Part shown: in pieces, positions 24,028 to 37,449 of the stretch
Layout of the letters: each line of letters opens with the position of its first letter
How positions within the stretch are numbered: position 1 is the first letter of the stretch
Source: Ostrea edulis
Lineage: Eukaryota
Direction: 5' to 3'
NCBI RefSeq assembly: GCF_947568905.1
Contig: NC_079165.1
Span: 48,484,001-48,548,000, forward strand
Length of the DNA stretch: 64,000 bases
Made by a program: the position numbers and the translations under genes
The notes under the pieces: model-generated
What the model was told of the DNA's origin: nothing
Database searches by the model: none
The model's input: the letters and a program-made list of their open reading frames with translations, nothing else

Positions 24028-25715
24028 GTATATCACATATTATAACAACAGGGATCTATAGCCATAGTGATGATATCTTGTAAATTTTATTTCCCTAATT
24101 AGGGGTCTTTGATGTCTCCAAGCCAAATTATTCAGTATCTATGTAAATATACCACCGATGTCTCCTAGCTTAATATTTATTCTGCATTTTTTTTTACAAA
24201 CTTGAAAATGATAGAATTCCTCCGAACTACTTTTCATAAAGATGGCGATGGGGACATCAGAAAGAAATGACATAAGCTGAAAAATCATGCGTTTTAAAGC
24301 GCTGATTTTGCTTTCGTCATAACTTTTCCGGTTTATCGCCACCTATAGGCAAAATTTTACACCAGTATAGTAAACAAGTCGTATTTAAATCAGTCGTATT
24401 TTTGCAACCGATCTAGTACGGGGTTTACATCCATAGGTGGCAGGGGACAGTTTCTTTGGTTCTGAAACATGTGGATAGGGGATATACATCAAAGTCAGAT
24501 TATGACAGACTAATGAAAAATCATATTTCCCTTTTATGTCAATACTTGTATTTCATATTAGTGTAGTTAATAAATTATGACCCTAAATTACATGAAATCT
24601 ATAAATACTGGTGCTGATGCACAAAACATGCTCTGAGCAAGTTCCCCTTTTTGCTTTGATTTTCTCTCATGTGGGCTAATCCGCACCACCCCCACACCAT
24701 CACAGTACCAAACATGGGGATTTAGACACTGTGCACAATCAAGAACCCTATCTGCCCTTCTCAAAAATCTACCTCTCATATGGGGCCATCCACCTTCCCT
24801 CACAGCAACAGACCTTTTGCTGGACCCTGCATGTTTTCACCAGAATTTCTTCAGCAACTGACCACGTGTCTTAGTTTCGTATTTGCACCCATCTATATGC
24901 TAGGAATCATGGTGACACCTACATGTTGTATATCAACATTTTTATTAAGCACTCAGCTACATTTAACATGCATCCTAAAATTATTGTATACATTTTTACA
25001 CATGTAATATCACTTCAAATAGTGCGAAACTGTCCCCTGCTACCATATCGGCAGGAGCAATTTTGGACAGTTGTTCGGAAGTATAGTTCGTTGGACAGTG
25101 GATAAAAGATTTTTTAAAAACGTGACATTCTTGCCTTCATTCTGGGGAAAAGTGGGACACAAGAAGCTGGCCATTCTTTAAAATTCCCGTTTGAATCTAC
25201 GTCTGTAATAATTAAAATGATTATCAAGAAATTCATTCGTGTAAACCTTTGAAAATCAATAAGAATCTGTACATAAAACCGTTTTGGACTAGGGTGCCTT
25301 TGCACTGTAACCTTCGCATAGCGGTTGAAAGCCAAGAAAACCAATATTATCTATAATTAGAAGCCACGTCATTAAGCACGAGAAATATCAGACTTTTCCA
25401 TCGGTGTTTTGAATGTGTGGTTCCGAAACAGTAAAAAAATCGCCCGACACAGCAAAAATGTGTGAGACGCAGTAAAAAAATTTTAACTACACAGAAAGAT
25501 CCGCGTCGATCGTGAACAAGAAAGAACTTGTGTATGATTATGTTTTGACAGCGAGGGACAGGGATCGGTGTCTCAGAGGGTAACTGATTACACCTCCCCC
25601 GATAAGTACATAGATCGTCGATATTCACTCAGGAATATAGAGAATGCAACGGTGTTAGGCTTACCTTACCATTTCTAAACGACCAAGATATTCTTCAGAA
25701 TCAAATTTAATTTCG

Positions 25716-26168
25716 TTTTTTATGACCCGCCATGAATGCCCCATATAGTGTTTGTCATGTCCGTCTTCCGTCCTTCCGTCCGTCTTCCGTCCTTCTGTCA
25801 CACTTTGTGTTTAGCTCAGTTTCAAAGAAACTATTCAAGATGTGTTCATCAAACCTTACTTGCTGATACATATTGGTATCATCTATTCAACTGCATCAAT
25901 ATATTTTGAGCTTCCTTGTGACCTTGACCTCACGTTTTCCTATTTTGGTGTTTAGCTCAATTTCAAAGCAACTATTGACAATATTTTATGAAAACTCTTA
26001 CACTGATACATATTAGTGGTAGCTATTCAACTGTGGTATCATTTTATGACCTTGACGTTCCCTATGGCATTGAGATCACCATTCTTCTACTTTGGTGTTT
26101 AGCTCAGTTTCAAAGCAATCAACGAAGAATTTTTTTGTCGCTTTCTGAATATAGCCAGGGCATATAGT
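25716..26168 (-). mobile_element. HINE-like element with ~140-bp internal repeats
   Basis: T-run then a GCCCCATATAG-type end, (GTCC)-type microsatellite, and TG(G)TGTTTAGCTCA(G/A)TTTCAAAG recurring at ~25806, 25946 and 26093. Confidence 0.55.
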
Positions 26169-26758
26169 AAAGGAACAGATTTACAAGTCAAATCTTAATT
26201 AGATTGGTGTTTGTCATGTCATTTTATAATATCCATGTATATAAATGAGGATCAGCATAAGTAAGTTTGAATAATGATAACCTTTCTATTGATAGCTAGG
26301 CAACATTTAACCAATGCAAAATTGCTATTTATCTTTATAGCAATTTTCTTAAAAATTTGGTAAATTTGAATTCATAGTGAAATGAATGGATTGAGTTAGA
26401 TAGTTTAAAGATAAAAACTTTTTGAAAAAAGGTGACTCTTATTTTGGTTAGAACACTTCATTTTGCCATAGAAATAGTGATAAGGTAGAATGTTCGAAAG
26501 GTTTTCCTTTTTAATGTGGGATATGACTCGTAAACAACTGAGGTTTAACTGTATTAAAGCTTTTAGAGTTAATAATAATAGACAAGAGTACTTCAAAGGT
26601 TCTCTCTTTATATTGTACATATTTGTGATATGACTTGAATACAACTCAGATATACCTGTATAAAGGCTAGCACAACACCAGACTAAGTTCACTAAAGGCT
26701 TAAACCCTGATACTAATACAAGAGAGTGTATTCCCTATTTTGAAAGCACTACATTTCT

Positions 26759-27780
26759 CATCGTCGAAAACCCACGGTCGGTCGCTCTAGACGATTACCT
26801 ACCGTGGGTCACAAGACCATTATTTTCGCTGGAAGGTGTGTCTCAGCTTCTATATGCGATTGGTCGCTTTGCCATTCCTTACTGCGATATTCAACCATTG
26901 AAAAAGCCCCTTATTTCCAGTCCTCGGTAGCATTGGAAAACATGCTTTCGAAGCCATGATATTGACTACGTTTAAGTTGGACAAGTTACAAAAATTTCAG
27001 CGAGATGTTTTATCTGCATTATTGAAGCGGGGATGTATTTGTGTCTATAAAGAGAGGGGAGGAAAAAGCCTGTGTTACCAAGCGTTTGTACATGTCTACA
27101 TGTCCAGCACGAGTTCGTAGTTCCATCATATGGGAGCAATGTGTGGGGTTTTTTAAAAACAGACTTGGTATTTGAATCGGTTTCTATAGGCATGTTAAAC
27201 TTACTTGCGTATGAAGTACTGCTGTAATTTGTTTTATTTGTGTTGTCGGCACAATTTGAGCCAGTAATTGTGACCTTCGATTTAAAACACACCTCTCTCG
27301 TGTAAACACAATTCATGTCTCACCTACGCTAATTACAAAATGACATGTGAACATATTGTAAGACCATATCTTAATTCAAATTTGCATCTAATTTTTAAAT
27401 TGTATCATGTATGACTGATTTTATTCACGTGCCATGAAGCAGTGATGATGATAAACATACCAGAGGCGGATCCAGGATTTCCGAATGGGAGGGGTGCACA
27501 TGTGAAAGTGAAGTATTAGTTAAAATAATCAGCCATTTTGGGTGCCAAATCTGGAGTTTTCATCTATATATCTTTGATAGTAGCACAACAAAACACACAC
27601 ACTTTCATGGGCGCCACCATTACAGCTGACACATTGAGTACCGGGAAAATTTACGGCGATTCCCATTGGTCCTCGATAGGTCACGTAAGATCACGCATTT
27701 TAATGAGTTATGCGAAAATATCGGCCTTGTGACCCATGGTAGGTAATCGTAGAGCGACCGACCGTGGATTTCCGACGATG
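26759..27780. mobile_element. Mutator-like (MULE) non-autonomous element, ~70-bp TIRs, 9-bp TSD
   Basis: TIRs 26759-26829 and 27712-27780 (CATCGTCG.../...CGACGATG); direct repeat TACATTTCT at 26750-26758 and 27781-27789. Confidence 0.8.
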
Positions 27781-28067
27781 TACATTTCTCTTTTAATTCA
27801 TGATAAGGTGATTGGAAAAGTGTACAGCAATTTTCCCTCTCCATTAAAAAACTATAAACTTTTTTTTTTTTTTTTTTTTTTATACATGAAGAAGATATTT
27901 CCCCATTCAATCGCACCTATGGTCATCCTTAATCTGCATAATTTTCTTTAAAGAAAAAAGGGTTCGGTATTTTGACTTTTTCCACAAAATAAAAAAATTC
28001 AACATATTTTCCATTGTGAATGGCGCAGAATATCAGTCTATGAGAAGGTACCGATAATCCCTGGTTG

Positions 28068-28423
28068 TTTTTTTATAGCTCACTTGAGCCAAAGGCTAAA
28101 AAAAGTAAGCGTTTCTGATCAAAACTGTCCGTTGTTAGCTCACCTGAGCTGAATGCTCAAATGAGTTTTTCTGATCGCCTTTTGTCCGTCGTCTGTCCGT
28201 CTGTAAACTTTGTACATTTTCGACTTCTTCTCCAGAACCACTAGTCCAGACAAGTTCAAATTTACATGGCAGCTTTCTGACATACACGTAGTGCAGATTT
28301 ATGTTTGTAAAAATCATGACCCACGGGGTAGGTTGGGGTCACAATATGGAATCAAAATTTTATAAGCAAATATAATGGGGAAATTTTTAAATATGGGCCG
28401 CGGTGACTCATGGGTCTCTTATT
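28068..28423 (-). mobile_element. Two stacked HINE-like 3' ends and a deleted body (Cg170-type)
   Basis: TAGCTCACTTGAGCC.. at 28076 and TTAGCTCACCTGAGC..GCTCA at 28135; (GTCC/GTCT) microsatellite; TGGGTCTCTTATT terminus resembling the reverse complement of AACAAGAGGCCCA. Confidence 0.6.
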
Positions 28424-29318
28424 TTCATATTGCATGTCACACCGGGCGGGGCATTCATGTCCTATGGACATATTTCTAGTTAGTTTCAAAGATGAGAAGG
28501 AAAATAATGATCTTAGGGGAGGGAAAAGACAAAAGGTATGCGTTTACGGAAGACAATGCCTTGGTTTCAAGTCTCCAAAACACCGCCTGGAATCTTACGA
28601 GGGAAAAATATTAGTAGTGAAGATTTTAATACTAGTATGTAGGTAATTTGATTATGTAATTTTCACTGGCTGACTCCCTAAGCTTTTCTCAAAAGCTAAA
28701 CTTATCAATATCAGACTGGTTCCGCCTATTCCACAATCTTTTTGTTAAGGGACCAATCAAGCTTAGTTGCGTGTCACAGGACGGTTTGAACATTACCGTT
28801 TGAAAATTACTTTTGTAACTTTTAAGTGCCTAGCTTGGGATTCTCATTGAGCTCATACATTTACATGTTGCAAATATGTTATGTTTATTGTGTGTCACTT
28901 CTGTTACGTTTTTTTTTTTTCGTATTAAAACTCCTACACAAGCAGTAAATCTTATGCTTTTTTGCTAAAGTTACTTGCATTTTCATATAAAGGACCTATT
29001 TATAAAATTCAAAGAATAGCAGTGTCTCATTCAAACCCAAGATAAACAAGTGAGTTTCCTTTCCAATATAAATATATAAGCTTTTACACAAGGAGTGTAA
29101 TACACAAATTTTGATGAGTACAATGTTTTTTTTTTTTTTTAGATTTACGTATAAACAAACAATCACTACAATGCTCAAATGTAAATCCATGCACATATAT
29201 GTTAGTCTAATAACTTTCTAAATTTTGCTTTCAGTTGTACATGTATTTATCTAGCACATTTGGATTCACATTATGTCCCACCCGATTTTGAATTGAAATC
29301 AACTTCATTATTGATTAC

Positions 29319-29416
29319 TCCCGTGGGGATCCGGAGTTAGAATAGGTCATCAGCACCCCTTGCTTGTCGTAAGAGGTGATTTAATGGGGTGGTGTTTCGG
29401 ATGAAACCATAAAAAC
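29319..29416 (+). mobile_element. SINE-like element 'B', 5' fragment
   Basis: CCCGTGGGGATCCGGAGTTAGAATAGGTC...GCTTGTCGTAAGAGG matches the other copies. Confidence 0.7.
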
Positions 29417-29927
29417 TATTTTCTATTGTAATTTATCAGCGTCCGTTGTGTGATAAAATTTGAACACTTTCAACCGAAAACTACCATTACAATTGTTTCA
29501 AATTTTCAAGCACTATCAAAACTTTACCAATTTCCAAAAATATTCTTCTCCACAACATCACATCTGTAAGAAAAAAAAGCATTGCATAGTCATGTAGAGC
29601 AGGGAGGCCTTTGCCAAAATTGTAAAATTTATGATGTTTGGGGATAGAGGTTCTAACTCCAGGGTGGGGCCAAACTGGATATTTAGTGTTTATATGTAAA
29701 TTTTTCAATAAAATTGTCTTTAAATGCTATTTATACTAAATTCTGATTAAATAGATGCTTAAAAGGAACAGGTGTCCTTTACCAAAATTGTAAATTTCAT
29801 GATCCAAGGACAGGGTTTTGGTTCCGGATGGGACCAAAATTATTATAGTGACCATTGTGTTTAACAACGTCATATGAAGTTTATATTTCATCATGATGAA
29901 AAATTTTCTGGACATTGTTTCCCATCC

Positions 29928-30189
29928 TCCGTGGCCGAGTGGTTAGAGCATCGCGCTCAAAATCACACGGCTTCTCACCTCTGTCGGCGCGGGTTCGAGT
30001 CCCGCTCGCGCCAGTAAGTGAGAAAGTTTCCCAGTTAACTTACTTTCGGAAGGTCGATGGTCTCTTCCCAGGTACATTGTATCTGGGTTCTCTCTTCCAC
30101 CAATAAAAACTGGGCGCCACCATATAATTGAAAAATTGTTGGGTGTGGGGGAAAACATGAATGAATGAATGAATCAATCAATCAATCAA
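29928..30189 (+). mobile_element. Full-length tRNA-derived SINE (V-domain-like core) with 8-bp TSD
   Basis: A box TGGCCGAGTGG (29932), B box GGTTCGAGTCC (29992), (TGAA)n(TCAA)n tail; TCCCATCC at 29920-29927 and 30190-30197. Confidence 0.85.
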
Positions 30190-31305
30190 TCCCATCCATA
30201 TTTTATATTTCCTTACAGAAAATTTAGTTGTGCAAAAATAAAGAATAGTGCATGAACTTCTTTTCCTGTTGTTCCTGCTGACAGAATTCATGAAGTCAGC
30301 TTAGCGCTTTTCAGTACTTTTAGTACTTTGATTCCATATCCAGTAGGCTCACCGTGTTTGCTGTCTTCTACAAAGGCAAGAAATGCAGCGACTCGCTCCG
30401 ATTTTAACTCATAATTGGTTCCCAATCCCTGTATCGCATTTGTTGGCACCCCTCCTTATTTTGGAAAATAAAATTAAGAGAAAGAGAGATCAGTATGGTA
30501 TATTTTTCGTGTACTTTATTACTTTTGTGTAGGCTTTTCTGCATTTATTCCGTTTTGTGAGGTAATTACCACGATGTCAAACAGGACATTGATTTCATAT
30601 CTAACAAAAATATTCATTCAGATACGCCCGAGAGGAATCAATGTTGAACTCTTTCAGGGGAGAGATCAAATGATCAATGTCGGATAAAAATCTAAATTCA
30701 AATACAGGTACTTCGGCAGAGGGGTTGGGGTTGGGGGGGGGGGGGGGGGGCTGGTGGTGGTGGTGGTTAAAACCCCTGTACATTTATGTCATTCGATATC
30801 AATTTTCATACACTGATTATTATTATTTTCAACATTCAAGGGGGAAGGGTGAACGTGTTGATGCAAAATATGTGAATGTAGACAATGTTGAAACTAGCAT
30901 TCACTGTCCAGCAGCCAATAAGGCCGTGAACACTAGCAGCGCCAAATAGAAATTTCATCAACGTACTGAGAGTACTCAGACAGAATACTAAAAAGTAACA
31001 CATAATAAATCAATATTGATAATTTTTCAAATAATTAAGAAACATATTCTTAGTTATCAAGTTTCATACTTGAAGGCAATTAAGCTCACATGAAAATTCC
31101 AAACGTTACATCACATAATGTTATAATGGATGTTAACAACAACTTGATCTTTGAAGAGTCCACAAAAGGAGTATGCAGGCAAGGAAGTGGACCCCTAGGA
31201 CTATCATTCTTCCCCCTCAGTTTGGGGATGTAGGGGTACCACCTGGGGCCTCCCGAGGGTGGGGTCACTTTTCAGACCTCTCTAATAATTGACTTTAAGG
31301 TGTCA

Positions 31306-32555
31306 TATCTGTAGTGAAAACCTCAATAGATTTTGTCCATCATATACATCTTGTGTTTCTTGGGGCAGTTCGGGAAACTAGTGGAAACTAATGGTCATTT
31401 GTTCCTATTATACATACGAGGAGCAAGCCAGTTTCTGTTAAATTAATGCTGATTATTTTATCCTCGTATCAAAATAATCTCTATTAATTTACGATATAGC
31501 ATGTGTGTTTTTTGTCATACCGGCCATCATCAATTCATGATATTAAGCGGAATAAACTAAAGTACAACTTAAGGTTAGCACAGCCAATCCCTTAATGAGT
31601 TGTCTAACCTCATTTGCCCTTCGCTTCCTTTTCCGGCATCATCGACAAACATCAGCAGCCAAAAAACCCACCCACCCTCTTACCATTTTAATGCTTTACA
31701 TGCTATTTTGCACGTGCATTACAGTAATCTGCGCCTAGCATTTTTATCTTTACAGATTCATCGCCTCTGGTATTTCAGCAATATACACAAATCAGGGAAG
31801 AAAATGCCCTTGGCATTCCTTTACCTCCTTCTTCGTCGCATTGTCAGTGTGCTGCGGACCAGGGGATATAAAAAGGAATATTTGGATCTCATCTGGTCTG
31901 TTGTTCCTCCCCCATCTGTCTGTTACGACGGAGGGCTGTCAGTGTGCGAAGCTGGTCGCCATTCTAAGTCAGTGAATTTGTCTACGGTACAAAGTAAAAT
32001 ATGGATTGGAGAATCACTAGCCACAGCACGGCTTGGTTTCTCTCTCCACCTCTTTTAAACGGAGGGGAGACTGTGTCTGGAGTGCCTTGTATGGTACGAG
32101 GAAGTACCGGCACTATTACCCAGCAGCAATCCCCCGGAGGAACAGGGACATCAGTTAGGTCCAAAACCATTCCAAGTCCATTATGTCATACACGCATTTG
32201 GACTTCCGGCGCCTGTGTGTACCATGGGGCCACCGGTTTGCCCGTTCTACATTGTTATGTCGGTATCCGGTTATCTCCCCTGGTTCGGATTTGCAATCCA
32301 CTCTCCTAATTAGACACCCAGACTGTTGTGTGTGCTTTGTGAAATGTGATGCGTCAGTTGACTTGTTACAACTGTATTAAAAATGTATGTATATATGGGA
32401 TTTGTTTGCTAATGTTATCTATAGTGAAAACCTCAATAAATTTTGTCCACCATATACATGTACATTTTGTGTTTCTTGGGGCAGTTTCGGGAAACTAGTG
32501 GTCATTTGTTCCTATTATACATACGAGGAGCAAGCCAGTTTCTGTTAAATTAATA
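31306..32555. repeat. Pair of ~140-bp direct repeats (31306-31446; 32415-32555)
   Basis: AGTGAAAACCTCAATA...GAGGAGCAAGCCAGTTTCTGTTAAATTAAT present twice, ~1110 bp apart. Confidence 0.9.
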
Positions 32556-33056
32556 TAGAGGTAAATAACTTATCAACACAACTGATACGCGTAATTGGTC
32601 GGGGATTTTTTTTTATCATTGGCATTGATTGGAACAATGTTTCCAAATTACCAATTATTAGGTTCTACACCACTGTCAAGACTCATATTAAACAAAGCAA
32701 TAGAAACATGCGTTGAGGAATCTCCTAGTCTTCAATGATTTCATACATTTCAATATTTCATCCTCGGATTATAGGTTCATTAATATCGGTGTTTACATTT
32801 ATAGTTGATAGTATATTCATTTCTTCTAAAAACAAAACATAATCTGGGGTTACTTGATCATTATCATCATCATCATTCAATTCTTTTTAAAAATTCATAC
32901 AATTCATGAATGGGTATATTTGATTTTGGTTTTGGGTAATTACTTTTAATAATTTTCCAATATTCTTTTGGATTTCTGGATCTTAAAGTACCAGGTATGT
33001 TTTTTTTTAAATGTAGCTTTATGATTGGTGACTGACCTTTTTAGAGTTTACTTATA

Positions 33057-34123
33057 CAGGCTGTCCAGCGGCCCTAAAATTCCTAATTTTTTTCAGTTTT
33101 GCTAAAATTCCTAAAAAAATGTAAAATTCAAGGGGAAATCCTAAAAAAGCCCTTATTTTTCATGTCAATTCCTACTTTTTTATCAGTCTTGAAAAATCAA
33201 AATGCATTCATACAAAATGTGTGTTATTAACGTAGATTGCAGTTTTTATTCAGATAATGCTGATGCAGTGAAAGGCAGTTGACCTGTGGATGCATGTGTC
33301 AAGCTTGTTTATTGGTTGTGACTTTGTGATAAAGAGTTGAGATTTTAGGTATGTAAATAATAATATTTTTTAATTAGCAATTTATCCCAATGAAGAATAT
33401 CTTAGGGATGTTTGCTCCTTCATTGAAAGTGTAGCAAGCTGTTCACTTATTATTAACTACCTGGAATTGTTTTCTATGGGACAGGAGTTTATTACATTGT
33501 AGATTCACTATTTTTCAGTAGACACTTGTGTGTGTGTGTTATCTTTGATTACTTGGTATTTTGCTGTTTAGTTAAGTAAAATTGTGCAAATGTCTACTAG
33601 CTATAAACACTTCATGATCAATGCTTTAAAATATGTTTACAAGTAGTGAACTCATTATCATTTCAAGATTTTATTAGTTTGTTGTACATGTAAACTTATA
33701 ACAGTTTAATAAATTTAAAAAAAATTGGTGAGGAAATGTGGTGGCTGAAAGGGGAGAAGAGGAGGCCACATCAATGAAGCTTTGATTGATATAAGGTATA
33801 TAGCTAGTGGAAACTTGCTCAAATGCTTTTTAAAATGTGGTTTTCTAATCTTAAAGGAAATTATTACATTATAATTCTCTATATTTCAGGTTATAGCCAA
33901 TAATAGCTGAGACCATGGAACACTGGAATACGCCCTTCCTGTACTTACATCTTATTTGTGTGTCATGTGAGTTTCTTTATTGTCAAATTTGACAAGGTAA
34001 GTCCTTTTAAATAATTAAAACTTCCGCAATTTGGTTAAAAATTCCTAATTTTAGCCCTAATTTTTTTAAATTTTACACCTAAAATTTGCCCTTATTTTTT
34101 GTCCAAGGGTGCTGGACAGCCTG
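33057..34123. mobile_element. Non-autonomous TIR DNA transposon (hAT-like termini), 6-bp TSD
   Basis: Perfect 13-bp TIR CAGGCTGTCCAGC / GCTGGACAGCCTG; CTTATA at 33051-33056 and 34124-34129. Confidence 0.85.
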
Positions 34124-37100
34124 CTTATACAATCAATCATTTTTTAATATTTCACCACCATATTTTTTATATATTTTCTTTGCTTTTCTAAAGTTTTGTC
34201 GTGCGTTTTTACAATATTTCATAAATCATGGTTTTTTAAATTTACATTCACTCATAATATTAACATGTTTAGAATAACTTTAAATTTTAACATGTACTAA
34301 AACTTGTTTTGCAGAGGAAACTATTCACCTGATCAGTATAAATAAATAACAGTCTGTTAACTATACTGTCAATATCATCCTTCTGATCAGCTACACTTTG
34401 ACTGTATTCATTTTTCTTATCATCATCCCATTTACATACAGTTAATACATCATGACAATTACTATTTACATCATTTACATATAGCATGAACAATTGCCTT
34501 TTCACATTTCAATTCGACACTTGCATTATGTACACCAGATGAAACAGAAGTGAAGGGTAATACACTAAAATCAGATATTAAACTGATAAAATCTACGTCA
34601 GCTATACAATAATCAAATTTATCCCTTTAAGATAAATTCAGTTATTGAGAATGACGAATTTGACATGCTTGGATATCCTGAAGTGCAATTCAATTTTTCC
34701 GGAATTTTGCTGTCCTTTCTTGACACCAGACTTGGTCCATAAATACATGTAGTCCTAACGCGAGCATGCGCTCTCGGCCTTTTCATTTTCATCCTCGGGC
34801 AAGTGCAGACGAATTTCATGCGTAAAATCCAATTGGCGCAATTTTGACAGAAAACCATTTGCTGAGGGATACTGTTGTCTTCAGGTCCCCCAGCTCTGAT
34901 ATGGTTTGTTGAATATTTGTGAATGCTATGCTGCCAAAAGCTTACAGGTGGTAAGATTGGCGCATAGGGTATGAACATGCGAGTGGCATGTTAACGGTGA
35001 ATGTTGTTTCAAATAAAAAGCCATGACAGTTCCGCCAATATGCTTTTGAGTATTTTTCTCAGGTCAGAGGTGGTTAAAATAAGTAAATTACCCATTAAGC
35101 TGAAATCTGTAGACATCAGCTTTATTCACGTGTATTGATTAATTTAAGTTTTAGGAATTTTCAAATAATCAATAACACTCGTATTTTTACATGTGAAATT
35201 CCCAATGTTTTGATAAACATATGATTATATTTGCATAGGTCCAGTAAATGGCGACCATCATCACATGATACTCTAAGTTTGAGAATCCCCAAGTCTTCTA
35301 CTAAATATATATCATTTGAAAATATACCTTCATTTTCAAAATTGTCATTTTCAGATAAATAAAAAAAAAATCGCTTAAGTTAGCAGATTTACTATTGAAA
35401 TCACCAACAATACACATACACTACCCACCATAAAAAGTTTTTACACATTTTGGCATGAAATATATTCAATATAATGAAAAAGACCTTAATTCACTGTGTA
35501 TAATTTTCATTTTATCTCAGTAAAATAATCACTTGAAGGTACAACTTCAATATCTATACACCGTATATACATTCAACATTTCGGCATAGTCTGTTCTTAA
35601 ATTGTGATATTGATTTATCTTAAGTTGAAAAATGAAAGGGTCTTATAAAAGTACACATCAAATGCACAATAATATGTACTAGTAATTACATGTAGTTTGA
35701 AACGGTTTCAAGTTAAGGTTTACATGATATCACTTTTTTAGAGAATTCAAAAAATCAAGTATTCTAATAAAAAAAAATATGGATGCATATAAAAAGTGAA
35801 AAGCCTAACATCATCCATTTATATGCAAGAGTTATGTATTTTGCATCGAAAGATCTGTATCTGATGTAACCTCTTTTTTTTATGTGCAAGTAACTTATTT
35901 TGGTGAGTGTATACTTATTTATGGTGGGCAGTGTATATTTGTAGTTGTTATTCAAAGATATTGCATCGTTTTCAATTTGTGTAAATACATCTGGTGACCA
36001 GAAGAGTACATATATCTAGAGTATATATACAGCTCCTTAATAAAGTATTATCTTTAAGATTAAGCAATTCACCTTTAATAGAGATCCATATAATGCTGTT
36101 ACATGTTGATTCGACAAGTTTAATAAATAGAGCTAACTCTTGCCTTACATGTATTGCTATAACACCTGATCTACCTAAATGAATCGACCCCCAGAAGCCA
36201 TCGCGTAATATCCAGTATATCATTTATACACGTACTAAGGATCGAAGCGGCGCAGTTCATATCATCACGTACACTGTCATTTCAAAAATGAAATCCATGG
36301 GTAGACATGCATGTATTATCGAATTCCTTTCTTTTAATATATTTACATGTATTCTTCCTTTTATGATAACTATTTTCCCCTCTCATATCATCATAGTAAG
36401 AGTGTATAGATACATAAACAGGTATTTGTTCTAAAGTTTCTTGTTATGTTCTGTTTGATGTAATAGGGTTAATTTAAATGTGGAAGTTAGTCAGGACACC
36501 ATCCCTGGAAGCTGTCGTTTTCCCCTTTCTCTATCGTATAGTCATTTTCTACTTTATTTATCATAGAATAGCTTTCCTTGGAAATAAAATTATTGTGCAA
36601 TAAAATACATATTCAAGGTTTTTATGACCTTGTGAAGTACAGTGTTTGAAGGTCAATTTAAAGTAAGATTGGTTTTGGTGTTGTTCTTTCTTTTTTTAAT
36701 TCTATTATTCTTCACGTTTATATCTTAGAATTCGGTCCTGGAAAATACGGGGAAATGAATGACACTTTCAAACGCCATCCTCCTCCAAGCACTGAAAGCT
36801 GCTAAATCCGTGCATGTCAATATTTCGGAAATTTGAATAGTCTTAAATAGACTTATAAGTCATGAAGAGGAAGCAGACCTTTGAATTGCACTTAGGAGTA
36901 CTACCGTACTGTTAAGTGTCTAGAATGATGTAAGATTTTGTAACATGTATACAGTTATATTTTGAGTCAAGAACTATATAGCATTGCGTTATAAAAATTA
37001 TGTACCTGCGTATTGTTATCATTATTATATTTCACAAATGTCACATAACCATTTTATTCTCTGCAGCGGGATGTAAACTTTGGAAAAAATGTAAAAAAAA

Positions 37101-37449
37101 AACAACAAAAAACCAAACAAATTAATGAAAGAAAAAAAACCCACCCCGAAATATCGAGACGAAACCCACCAAAAAAATAAAAAAAAAACCAACACGAATC
37201 GTTACAATTTATTATTAAAAATATTAAGCAAGCTCCTATGGGTCCACTCCCTTTATCCGGCTTTGTCATTTTCTGACCCCCCTTTCTCCCACCCATTGTG
37301 ACAGTAGTTAGTATGAAAAAAATATACTGAAAACGAATCATATAAATATAATATACTGAAAAAGTCTTTGTTTTGTACCTTAAAATATAAAGTCCGATTA
37401 ACAGCAAGTCCGATTTAAATGGCTTTCTTCAGGGGAAATTATTTAGAAA

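Noticed and set aside
29926-30012. tRNA gene (also the reverse complement of 8997-9056)
   Set aside because: A/B boxes are present, but they run into SINE bodies with tails and TSDs and the acceptor stems are not intact.
30880-30960. Signal-peptide-like stretch (FYLALLVFTALLAAG) on the minus strand
   Set aside because: Needs a frameshift to join the ATG, ends at a stop, and has no splice donor.
34287-34978. Coding-like minus-strand sequence
   Set aside because: All frames are broken by stops and no domain is recognisable; possibly an old pseudogene, but unsupported.
35950-36223. Possible LINE endonuclease remnant (SIIWISIKGELLNL)
   Set aside because: Resemblance is weak and catalytic APE motifs are not visible.
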